DNA of 64,000 bases from Hydrolagus affinis (Eukaryota). This document shows positions 39,237-50,835 of the stretch, piece after piece. The position numbers and the translations under genes were made by a program. Where the stretch lies: contig JAAILG010000454.1 of the NCBI GenBank assembly GCA_012026655.1, forward strand, positions 1 to 64,000, given 5' to 3'. A model generated the notes under the pieces. The model was not told the origin of the DNA. It saw only the letters and a program-made list of their open reading frames with translations, and made no database searches. Each line of letters starts with the position of its first letter. The stretch's first letter is position 1.

Positions 39237-39377
39237 ACATGCCATTTCCGTCTTCGCGGAATGTGCCTCGACTGATTTAAGAACGTTAATGTGTTTATCC
39301 TCATGTGTATATATCTCTGCACGTTCACGTTCTTAAATCAGTCGAGGCACATTCCGCGAAGACGGAAATGGCATGTT
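39236..39377. repeat. Perfect 51-bp inverted repeat with 40-nt spacer
   Basis: 39236-39286 is the exact reverse complement of 39327-39377. Confidence 0.95.
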
Positions 39378-42300
39378 GTAGTTTCAAGTGAATAAAATAT
39401 TGAGGTTCACATTTCCACCCCCACTGTCACTAATACTGATGCTTGTATTGATTTTCCATGTGCTTAAAGTGAACCATGTAAATCCTACATTCCTCACCAA
39501 GGAGCCATCCACCAATTGCCTCACGCGGGAGAAGCTATATATAATCCTCTACAGAGTTTAAACAGTTGGACATCAGTGATGCAGTGAACAGACCTGCACG
39601 AACACACGTTTACGAAGCCCAAATTTATCCGATACACTCGGTACAACTAGAAGATTACGCATTAGTAAAGCTTTCTTCTGAGCCGACATATAGCGCACAG
39701 AGCAGCGTGATGCATTTCACAGCACTGCCCTAACCATCAATAAATCAATCAATAAATAAAAGAAACCTACAATATAAAGAAAATGAAACAGCTATCCGGT
39801 GGACGATCTGAATGTCCCGAACTGCGGTTCAGGAAAATGTGGAGAAATAACTTTCGCATTATCTCTGTAAATATCTTCTTTATTATTTGGTTTATAAATA
39901 ATCTAGTTTCTCCCACAAAATTTACAGTCGACTCACTTTACAGTGCGTTAAGTCAAGCGCTTTGAGACGTTTCGAAGACGAGTTATTATTTAATATTAAT
40001 AATTCTATAATTCTCTTGTTTGAAAATACAAGAATTGCATTTTCATTTGATGTTTAGTTTGGGACAGTGATGAGATGACATGATCAGGTATGCTGTACGC
40101 TGATGTAGTATATACAGAGCCACTCAAAACGGCACAGGGATTTAATTCATTTTCTCATGTTCTGTAATTAAATTTGAATTGCAAACAGGTTGATTTTTTT
40201 TCCCAAACAGGACTATAACTAAATGAAAGCTCGGTTATGTTTCCTCAAACCTTCAAAGGAAAGTCAATTGCTGTCCATCACATACGAAACTGACATTACA
40301 GCCCCCAAGATAAAATGTCAGTTATTCAACCTACACTGTAATCCAATTGCCCTATTAAACATCCATCAAATATCTAACGATTGGTTTCTAACTTCTAAAC
40401 TGTACCCACGAGTTACTCTTATGCCGCCTTACAGTAAATGGCACACACAAGTATATGCCTCGTCACTGAACATCTATTTCCTTCAGTAATTTTTTCAATG
40501 AATCCAAAGGTTTATAATCAATGTCTGTGAAAACGTGCAATAATATTAACAATAACTATTTTTTTCTCTTGGTGGTTTTCATGACAGGCCACGACTCCGC
40601 GTTTTATTCCCGAATATAATGCATTCCCTTTCTCACAGGAAGTCACAACTCACAAACGTTTCGCTTTCCCAAGATAATTCCTTTGGGTCATAAAGGGATC
40701 GAGGGTTGGGTCGTACAAGGAAGAGTCTGCAGGGATTCAAATGTACATGGCGCGCAGGCTTCAGTTCTCCACAAGCCAACTCACACCAGAGAAAAAGAGA
40801 TACCTGACTCCAGCCAGGAGAGCTGCCCGGTCAGGCATTGGGTGTGCCTGCCCTCTGGGAATTCTGAACACTTCACAGGAAAGCCACCACCTCCTGTAGA
40901 CGGGAGTGTTCCTGCATACAGCACACCGCTCAGAATCCATCGCTCATTTGTTTTGATTTCTTAACGACGTCGAAAGTCAGATGGTTAAGCGCCACAAAGC
41001 GACACGGAGGGCAACAGGAAAATAACATAACACTTACAGATTGGGTGCAATTGTTTTCAGCGAGGCAATTGCAGTGATATCGAGCTTCTTCTGTAGTGAT
41101 GCACATTGCAGCGTCGGAAGCTGTTGTTGGTTGTCGTTAATATAATTATTAATCATTGATACAACAGTTTGCTGCACTGATCACCTGTTTATTAGCATTA
41201 AATACTTGGATAGACTCAATAAATATGGTCAAATTATCAATAACACATGAATATATGCACACACCAATTGAAGCATGTAGTAATATTCTCTTAGCAAATT
41301 TATGCATTAATACTGTATACAATAAATTGTTTCAGGAAGTTAGTTAACGATGGGATGAGACCATAAACCGCTTAGTTATATCTATGGTTCTATACTTGAC
41401 AAGTCTCCCAAACAAGTTATTTACAATGAAACATTTCCATATTCAATCTGCCGAGTTCCTTTGCAGTGTGTGCTTTAAATTCCACCAAGCTGTCTTTGAA
41501 AGCACAGTATAAATTTATGCAACGTAATATTTTACAATGTAATTTCCAGTAACATGTAGAACAATGGCAGTAATTGAATAAACAGACATTTCCCCGAGTG
41601 CTTGTTAGTTATGGGACACTTGGCCTGTTGGGGAAACATTTTAACACATTTATCATATTTGCTATTGAGTTATCTATGTTACATTCTCTGTAACTACCAC
41701 AACAAACCATACCATATGCAATTATTTTTCTCCAATTCAAGTAGCTATATCAATATAATTGAGACATCTATGCAATATTGTTTGAATTATTGCAATGATT
41801 TCTTTGTTTAATGATTTTACATTCCAGATATTGATTAAGAATCGTAAAGAAGTATTAAAGCTGCAGTGAGCTGAGTATTGGTGCGAGTATTATAATGAAC
41901 ATAGGATATGGCATCAGGATTTTTAAAGCTAGATCTCGTGAATTCAAATAGTAAATCAGAATTTTTAGAATCTGGGTCTATTTTACTGCACTTCCATTCT
42001 GGATGATTATGTTTTATATCTTCTGTTAAACGTGCAGTTATAGTTGCAGATGCAATGATTTTCTCTGAAAATATTCTGTTTAAAAAGTGATGTAAAGTAA
42101 GATCATATTACAGCATTAAAAAAGTCACAGCAAATGTTATTGTCCTGAAAATTTCCAACAATGTGCAATATTTGATGGGTAACATTAAGGTTAGTTATTT
42201 ATTTGAGCAAACAAGAGACAAACACTGTGTAAATTATTTTCTTCAAAGTGGAAGATCAATGGAGTGATTTGATGTGTATTCTACTATTTAACTTGTTTGG

Positions 42301-44384
42301 ATTTACCATGGTAACATCAATGAAAAGGTTACTGTGCTCATTTTTTCTTGCAAAATTCTCAAATGCACAAACAATGACTTCTTGTAAAATATTAGAAGCA
42401 GTAAGGATATTTTATTTTCAATTACTGCAAATTTCTTGGTAATGCGTGGAGTATGGTGTACATGAGATTTAGCACCAGGATCTTAACAAAACAAATGAGT
42501 CAAATTCAACCAGTAACTCAAGATACACAAATATGATTCTGTCTTAACGCACAATTAAGATGGGTTGTTTATATTTCTTTTCAGTCAGAAATATCTCTTA
42601 AGATAACCAAGCTTGCATATTGCCTGGAATATTTTCTCGATCATGGTAACTTTTCTACTCTGCAGGGAATATATGAAATATTTCCTATAAATATACATAT
42701 ATATTCTGTATATTTTCTGTGTTAGAACACTGCACCTATGTTCAGTGACTCTGGTTAGGCAGTTGAATGCCCCTTGCAGCTTTTGGTCATACAATTTCGA
42801 AAGGAATATCGCATATTATCAGGTGCCCGGGGAAGGTCCATTAAAGTCAGTACACAAGAGATTTCAAGCCATTGTGCTTATTGTGCCTTCCAGTACTGTT
42901 GAGGAACATAAGTGGCTGAGATGAATGTTCCATAAAAAGATTTATTTAGTTTTATGGGAGTTATTACAAGAAAAGAGAACATGTCATGTGAGCTGCCACT
43001 CACACCAGATGTAATTGGTAATGATATAGAAATCCTCCAAATGGGGATTAAGAGGGGACTTGGTTCCAAACACTACTTCTTTCATCAATGAATCAAATCT
43101 AGTATGAATAATGTGCTCTGTGAATTAATACCAAGAAAGACATTTTAATATCTTTTCAAATTCATCATAAGTCACAGCATGTAAAAACCTGCTTGACATT
43201 TCAATTCTATACAGGAGACATTAAGTGTTATAAATACTGTTGTGAAGCATCTAAATATGAGTTACAACAATGACAGTAACAGCAGTAGTTCAGGTTATCA
43301 AGTTATAAGATCCATCTGATAAATTAAACATCACATTGATAGATTTAGATTACTTTAGTTCATAGACAATATGAATTCATCTGTTGTGTAAATATATATG
43401 AACAGATAACTCGTGTACATTGATGATAATAAATATTTCTCCCTAACAAGAGATTTCACATGTACAGTATCCAATAGTATTTGTTGTTCCTTCATAAATA
43501 AGAGGAGGAAAATGTAAGACGTAGAGATGCTGCTCCAGAATGGTATTCATTGACCAATGGAGCAAAACTGCAGATGCAAGCGTAAAAAGTAAGGACAGGA
43601 ACATGCTTGGCTGTGACACTCTCCACTGTGTAGGTGAAAAAGTACTCAGAAACTGGCTACATTTGGTCTCTTAAACAGAGGCAAACTGCCCAGATAATTA
43701 CCCATGAGATATTCTTTGGTGACTAAATTATTTTGTTCAATTTGAGAATTCCGGGATTGTTTCTTGTGTGTGAATCAAAGGGTGTCACTTTCCAATGTGA
43801 CTCAGGTTATCCACACTGTGATTAAGCCATTCTGTCTTAAATTAAGTACATTTCTTGCTTTTGTGTTTTCCAGTTTCCCTTCTGCCTCCTCTGATTGCAT
43901 ATGCATATATAGAAGCAACAAATGTTCATCTGTTTTCATTCGCTTTTGCCTGTGGCTCATTATTTAATGTTTCAATATTGGGAAATTTGGCACTTTGGCA
44001 CTAAAGTCACCCTTTATCCCTTGCAGTATCCCTTTATTTCCCTTGGGGCTTGAAGTACTCATGCTGAGTTTCAGCTTGATTTTATTGAATTCACAATCTT
44101 GGTTCCTCAATTCTCCACCTGAAGAATAACTGTTGTATTTGTAGTGTTACAATGCTTCGATTTGATGAGTAAACTTGCCATCGGGAATTTACTCCAATTG
44201 TGACGACCATTTACCATTCAAAATGATGAAAATGTTTGGCCACTCATGCCAGAAAATTTATAACTGTATCTTTCACTCTCAACTAAGCACCTTGAACATG
44301 TAAAACATCTTTGAATTATGGAACACCTTTAAAAGACAGTGATATGATGTAGTTTTGAAAGGTTTGTATAAGGTAGAATCCCAC

Positions 44385-44705
44385 AATCCTTGCATTTGAT
44401 ATATTAATGCCTTATCACGTCATCAAGATGCCTCGAAGAGCTTTATATCCTTTACCGCAAAGTGGTGTGTTTGGACATGGCAGTAAATTTTTCACACAGA
44501 AATCTCCCATAAACAGTTTTGTTGACCAACATATTGGGACAAACACTCTTCTCTTGTTGAATGGTGACATGGGATCTTAAATAACCACCTGGGCCTGCAG
44601 GACCTAAATTTTAACAACAACAACAAGAAAATTACAGTTATAGAGCGCCTTTAACATCACATCTGAAGGAACACATCTCTTAAAATGCTGCACACCCCCA
44701 GAACT
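44385..44705 (-). mobile_element. Decayed SINE (Deu-domain type) with an L2-like tail fragment inside (~44613-44660)
   Basis: Tail AATCCTTGCATTTGATAT shared with the other SINEs. The reverse strand has AAGATCCCATG-like Deu core sequence. Internal (CAA)n..ATAGAGCGCCTTT L2-type tail. Confidence 0.5.
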
Positions 44706-45973
44706 ATATTTGATGTATGTAGAAAATTTGATGCACTAATTCCTTTATCAATGGGATATTGATTTTGTTTTAAATTTCATGTTGTATTATTCTTTTCCTG
44801 AGACCAAAGATTAAAACTTCTACCTTCTCTTTGTTTCCCACATGTCCAAAGCACTACAAGTTGATTGTTATTTTAAATAAAAGGCGTTTTAAGCATTTTA
44901 TAACTTTTCTAAAGTTAATAGCAAACGTGGTCACTGGATGATTCTAGGTGGGGTTTGAACAATGTCATTTCTCTAAGAAATAAAACCCATCCCAAACTTT
45001 TATCAAGTATTATTGTATTTTTCTAATAGCATTAATTAACTGATGAAATTCCCCCAAGATAACATAAATTATTTTGCTCAAAATATCTGAAAAAACTGAA
45101 CATCTTTAACTTTACTTGTAAATTTACAAATTTCCCTAAAGTAATTTAGTTGCTTAATCCAATACCCCCTTTTTATCGGGAGACCAAAATTGAAACATTC
45201 CTGGATATTTACATTTTATTCCCTTAATACTGTATTTTGCATCTGCAATGCTAATTGTAAGGCCTAAAATGATCCTAGCATTTTATTCTTTGGTTTCATC
45301 ATATCTTCCTCTATCTCTTACAACACAAGTTAGCTATGTCATGAGTTTTTGTTAATTAAAATCAAGTTTGAAGCAATAGCTACATATCCAGATTAATTAT
45401 ATGATAAAAGTATTGATTTTAGAATTAAATCTGCTTGTCTCACTAAGTTATACTGTCTATCTTCCAGAGCTTGTGATGCAATTTGCTTAAAAATAATCAG
45501 AGTAAATTGACTGCAGTACTCTCTTGCCAATAGGGTAAGATAAAAAGACTACTATAAAGATATTGAAGATGATATTTTAGCTTGTGATTAGTTTGCAGCA
45601 TATTCAAAGAGATATCCATTAATAGCTAACCACTAAATACATAGTATTTACATCAGACCATCTCCAGCCTGACTACTGCCCTAAATCAGGGTTAAGATTT
45701 GTGAATGACTGACAAGTGCTCTAATTCGGGGTTTTGAAATTAAACCGCCAAGTAATATTTCACTTTCTTAAGAATAAATGATTGAAGAGACTATAAAGTT
45801 AACTCCTAAATTGTACTCATTTAGATATCTTTTCTTACTTAGCAGCAACATGCTTAAATCAGAATGTTTATAATTCAGTACATACATTATTTTAAAAACA
45901 TGAACCAGCTCTGGTTTTCATTGTCTGTGAATCTGTTTACATTTTCTTTTATTTAATAGATATATTATTATTT

Positions 45974-46274
45974 AATAATAATAGTCCTTGCATTTGATAT
46001 AGCACTTTTCACATCTTCTAGATGTCTCACAGAGCTTCACAGAATATACTGTTTTTATACCGTAGAGTGTATATATATGGGGAGGAACGCGGCAACTAAT
46101 TGTGCAGGGCAATGTCCCACAAACAGTCGTGGATTGATTTGACCATTTTTTTTGATGGATTATTAGCAGGCAAGTGGAGTTAGGAAACTTGTCCAAGGTT
46201 TCGCCCTGCCGGGAATTGAACCCGGGTCTCTCACTTGTAAGACAAGTGCTCTAACCACTGAGCTACAGGACTCC
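45974..46274 (-). mobile_element. tRNA-derived SINE, second copy
   Basis: Same head (GGAGTCCTGTAGCTCAGTGGTTAGAGCAC...GGTTCAATTCC) and tail as 36937-37252. Confidence 0.85.
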
Positions 46275-46489
46275 ACAATTACATGAAGGGTGGCAAATTC
46301 CAAGCAAGGGCTTGATAATCCACTTGAGATATAAAGATGTTTTTACGCTTACTGATTTCTAGTAATGGCAATTGAATGTCATCAAGAACCCACTGAATTT
46401 CCTCCCTTATGTTGTTCTTGGATGTATCACACTATGTTGTTTTCGTAAGTACAATGTAAGGTTAGAGGCTTCTAACGGTTTCAATTTCT

Positions 46490-47017
46490 GCCTGCACCAA
46501 GCTCTGCAACCACATCACTCCCACCCTCACCCAGCTCCATTGGCTCCCCATCCCTCAGAGGATCAAATTCAAGATCCTCATCCTCACTTTTAAGGCCATT
46601 CTCGGCCTTGTCCCCTCCTATCTCTCCAATCTGCTGTGATCCTATGAACCTGGCCCCACCCTCTGTTGAACAGGCTCTGGTCTGCTCCATATCCCCCGCA
46701 CAACCCGCCCTACCATTGATGGATGGGCTTTCAGCCACTCTGCCCCCACACTCTAGAACTCCACGCACAATCCCTTCGCCTCGCTTTCTCCCTTGCCTCC
46801 TTTAAGGCCAGTCTCAAGACGCTTCTCTTCGATTGTGCCTTCTGCTGCCCCCCCCAACTCTCTCCCTTCCCTCCTAACTCTCTCTCTCCCCTCCCCTCCC
46901 CTCCACCCTCCCATTCCTCCTCTGCTCGGGTCCCAATCTGTCTGTTCAGCGCCTTGGGATGTCATCCTGATATGAAAGGCACTCTAAAAATGTAATTTTG
47001 TTTTCTGTTGTTGTTGT
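46490..47017 (+). mobile_element. 5'-truncated L2 LINE (ORF2 C-terminal remnant + 3' tail)
   Basis: Translates as HITPTLTQLHWLPIPQRIKFKILILTFKAILGLVPSYLSNLL, the L2 ORF2 C-terminal motif. Ends in ...GAAAGGCACTCTAAAAATGTAATTT...(GTT)n. Confidence 0.85.
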
Positions 47018-47557
47018 TTCTTGCCAGCACAGATCAGGTGCATTCTTGAGAAGGCATCATATATCTTGAACACATGGGACTTATAGAGGAATGTCATGGA
47101 AGTTTTCCAATTGGCAACAGCACTTTTCTTAGTACAGCCAGCAAAGGGTATATTGTGCTTCTTTTGTTAATTTTAGTGTAGATCTGCCAGGATGTTTTCT
47201 GCATTTTCATATACTATGACATAACGCATTGCTTTGTTTAAGGTTGACATGACGCATGCCTTTTATACTTGTACCAACATTACCATGGGGTTTGGAAGGA
47301 AGCTATGGTCTTAGACTACTCAGCAAAAATCATGTCTTCTTAGAAGAGATTCTTTTGTGACCTGCAAGCATGTTATACTTTTTTGGGAAGTGCAGCGTAT
47401 GTGCTTTTCATGCTGAGCTACGCTGCTCACCAACAAGCCTGTGGGGAGATCCTGTTCCCTACTATCCACAAAGTGAGGGCTCAAATCTGCACATTGGGAT
47501 TTCAAATAACCATCTGGGGACTATCTTACTGTGAGGGTGAGGTAAGTGGGAGCTGAT

Positions 47558-47616
47558 CTTGGGACGTCCTCCCGACGTGAAAGGCGCTCTATAAATGTAA
47601 TTTGTTGTTGTTGTTG
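47558..47616 (+). mobile_element. L2-type 3' tail fragment
   Basis: CTTGGGACGTCCTCCCGACGTGAAAGGCGCTCTATAAATGTAATTT(GTT)n, same tail as 46490-47017. Confidence 0.7.
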
Positions 47617-48414
47617 ATCTAGCTCCAAGGTAATGTGCTTGGAAATGGAATGTTGGAATCAAGTTAACCCTCTGTAGTGGTCTGTGGAAGCGCTCATACT
47701 AACCCTGGCTCCTATTCAACCCTGTAAATTGAAGCACTAATGGGTTCAGTAGTCCTCATTGGATAAGTCGTGGAAAGCTCACCCAACAGTGCTTTGCCGC
47801 TTACTGTTTAGCCTTACTTCAATGCACACTGTGGAGTCCCCAAGCCTTGGCTCTTGCCAGCCTGTTTCTAATACTCTGATGAATTAAATAAGCGGGATCC
47901 GTCTTTCCAAGCAGATTGTGCATTCCATTCCAATACATGGGAAGGTCTACATGTTGGTGGGACTCATGGAACTCTGGTCGGGATATTGTTAAACATAGGT
48001 TGGGTTTTCACATGTTTCAGATGCTCAACTAACCAAGGAAATTCAGGCCACAAAAACTGGAAGGAGCTTTTCAGGCAAAGTATTTCCAATGTATGTTTTA
48101 TATATTATATGCTTAAGAATAGAAGAAAATGAAATTGGATTAACTTTTTTAATCTTTTTTTTAAAAGTCCCCCCCAAAATCATGTGAGTGAGCAGGAGTC
48201 ACATAAGCTGATAGTTGCAAAGTGCGGTGCTTCAACTTCACCAATGTAGACTGAAATAGCTGGATAGTTGCATTGCAGAAACAGAATTACGATTTGGCAA
48301 AGCTTCACTGTTTTTTGAGAAAAAAGCCTTGTTGTACGTATCCAATCAACTTGTAGGTCATTCGATCCATGAAAAGGAACCTTGAAAAAAAATAACGGGT
48401 ATAAGCCAGACATA

Positions 48415-48955
48415 AAAATAATCCATGCGTTTGATATTGCGCTTTTCACTTTTCGCTTTTCTTCTAGACGTCTCAAAGCGCATCACAGGATATAATGTAA
48501 AGTGAATTGACTGTATATCCCCTTTCCCTCCACCCTTCACATCGCCGACTCCAGCTCGGGTCTGAAATAATGACTGTCCAGCACCTTAGGACGACATCCT
48601 GACGTGAAAGGCTCTATAGAAGTATAATTTTGTTGTTGTATATTTGTGGGCGAAACGCGGCAGCCAATTGCACACAGCAGTGTCCCAATGAGCAGTTGTG
48701 GATTGAAATGACCAACTTTATTATTGTTTTAGTTGAAGATAACAAGAATAATCCTTGTAAAACACAAAATACTACAGATGCTGGGAATCTGAAACAAACA
48801 CAGAAGTTGCTGGGGAAAATAATCCTTGCGTTTGATATAGTGTGACACGTCTCAAAGCACTTCACAGGATATACTGTAAAGTGAGTTGACTGTATATTCT
48901 GTGGGTGAAACATGGCAGCATCCCGCAAACAGTCGGGGATTGGAGTGACCAAATT
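48415..48955. mobile_element. Nest of two truncated SINEs (minus strand) with an L2 3' fragment (48519-48636) and a 60-bp repeat fragment (48758-48817) inserted
   Basis: SINE body matches the 36937 copy on both sides of the L2 piece. Flanking direct repeats TGTATAT and AATAATCCTTG. Confidence 0.75.
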
Positions 48956-49095
48956 ATTTTATTTATTTTAGGGAGAGATTATCAAGCCCTTATTATTGTT
49001 ATTTATTATCGTTATCGTCATTCTTATCACAACCCAAAAGAAGCTCCCATCTTTTGCACTGCTGTCAGAACTCAGGTCCATTCCCCTACCCACAT

Positions 49096-49127
<32 letters not shown>

Positions 49128-49174
49128 GTTTGTCACAGACAATGGACTCCCATTGAGAGGTCATTGCTCAGCAC

Positions 49175-49330
49175 CGCACTGCGCCTGCGCACTGGTCAGA
49201 TCTAGTCTGGGCAGCAGCCCGCCCGGGGCAGGAAGTGACGCAATCGACTCCGCCGGAGGTGACGTCCGCCCGGTGCCCGCTAACTACGCGAGCGGACAAA
49301 CCTTGAGCGGCGACTCCGAGGACACAGAGT
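49175..49330 (+). promoter_or_regulatory. Mtx2 CpG-rich promoter: NRF1 site (TGCGCCTGCGCA 49180-49191), ETS-CRE composite (GGAAGTGACG 49231-49240), CRE-like TGACGTC 49260
   Basis: Local CpG enrichment directly upstream of the Mtx2 ATG. NRF1 and GABP motifs are typical of nuclear-encoded mitochondrial genes. Confidence 0.7.
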
Positions 49331-49349
49331 GAGACACAGATACACAGAC

Positions 49350-49380
<31 letters not shown>

Positions 49381-49385
49381 CGGCC

Positions 49386-49425
49386 ATGTCCATAGCGCAT
49401 GATGTGCTATTCTCCCAAATGGCAG
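49386..49425 (+). CDS. MTX2: Metaxin-2 coding exon 1 (MSIAHDVLFSQMA)
   Basis: Kozak-like GCCATG, 40-nt coding exon ending GCAG|GTAAAT. Aligns by eye with human MSLVAEAFVSQIA and joins exon 2 in frame. Confidence 0.8.
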
Positions 49426-50767
49426 GTAAATGAAATGCTCATGAACTCGGCATCGCTCTGTGTGCAGCCGGCCCAGGCCTGGAGTCAGCTCAGCCCACCG
49501 GGGAGGGGGGAGGTTTGCATTGGAATAACACTCACAGCTTTATACAGTATATATACATACACACACACAGTTAGAAAACATCAAGGTCTAATGAAATACC
49601 GTAAATGAGAATTGTAGGGCTCTGATCAGCAGGTGCTGCAGAAATGTATTTATCAGGTTGAGCACAGGTGTGCAGTGATAAACTGGTACAGAAATGTAAT
49701 ACAAGCTGTACATTATTTAATTATGTTATGGGTAGAAGTGAAATCACTACCTTAAATTATTCAAAAGGGAAAGTTGTGGCTTGCACCTTGCCACACAATG
49801 TAAACGAATGCAATTAAAATACTAGTTTTGTTTGGTCAGCCAAAAGAATGACACATGCGGAGTATTTCAGTGTAATTAAGAGCATCCGGACCAGAGAGCT
49901 CCATTTATACAACTTAACACAATTTAGAAATTCTTGCATTTGGCGTTGGATCAACACTCAACAGGATACACCATGCTTAGCTAATTCTGGAGTATTTTAG
50001 ACACAGGTCGGCAAGTGTCAAGGTTTTGGGGAGCTCAGCATGTGTGTTTGGGGTACTGCGAGAGTTTAACCAACTAAAACTGTCCAGCTTGCAATTGAAC
50101 GCATTGTCTGGCAAGCTTCGTGTGCAGATAGGACCACCTTCCTTGTTAGGGCTTTGGCTTGGAAGGTTAACGGGCGTTGAGTCTCTGCCCCCAGTGACCG
50201 ACCAGTCTGCCCCTCCCAAGTCCTACTGACAAGCCAGCTGGCTCCGTCATCACCAGTGCCCTGGAGGTCCATGGACCTAAATGGCTCAGAAAGTAGTCTA
50301 CTAAGCTAACTAACCACAGAGGATTCACTTGATTCCTACATTCTGCTGTGAAGTAGGTCTCCTTGAGCCAGTTTATCACCAAGGAGACACTGTTTACCCC
50401 CCTCCCCCCATACACACACACAGAGGATAATCCTGCTTGTTGTCATATCAGATATTTATTTTTTAAAGTATTAAAATAGTGAAATTGTCTATTGTGATTT
50501 AAAGTATGCAGTGATAGGCACAAATGAAATGGAAACTTACTTCATCTCACACATCCCTGTCAACAATACCTGCCAACAACTAATGTAGATGCTGGGCAAA
50601 TGTGAAGATTTTAACAGTGTCACATGTTCTTAATTCATGTTCTCCATCAATTATCCTTCTTTAAAAATACAAACATCCCATTAAATATATCCCTGATTTC
50701 TAAAGGTAATTGAGGAAAACCAATATGCCATCAGTATAATGTGTGTCAAAAAACTTGAAGTGTTGGA

Positions 50768-50835
50768 AGCAACAACAAAAACTTGGATTTATATAAGCGC
50801 CCTCCATGCCAGACAGTATCTCAGAGCGCCTCACA
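50768..50835 (-). mobile_element. L2/SINE-type 3' tail fragment
   Basis: (CAA)n..TTTATATAAGCGCCCTCCATGCCAGAC..TCTCAGAGCGC, similar to 62941-63010. Confidence 0.55.

Noticed and set aside
40683-40964. GC-richer ORF-like stretch between HoxD1 and Mtx2
   Set aside because: No recognisable protein, repeat or splice pattern; nothing supportable without a database search.
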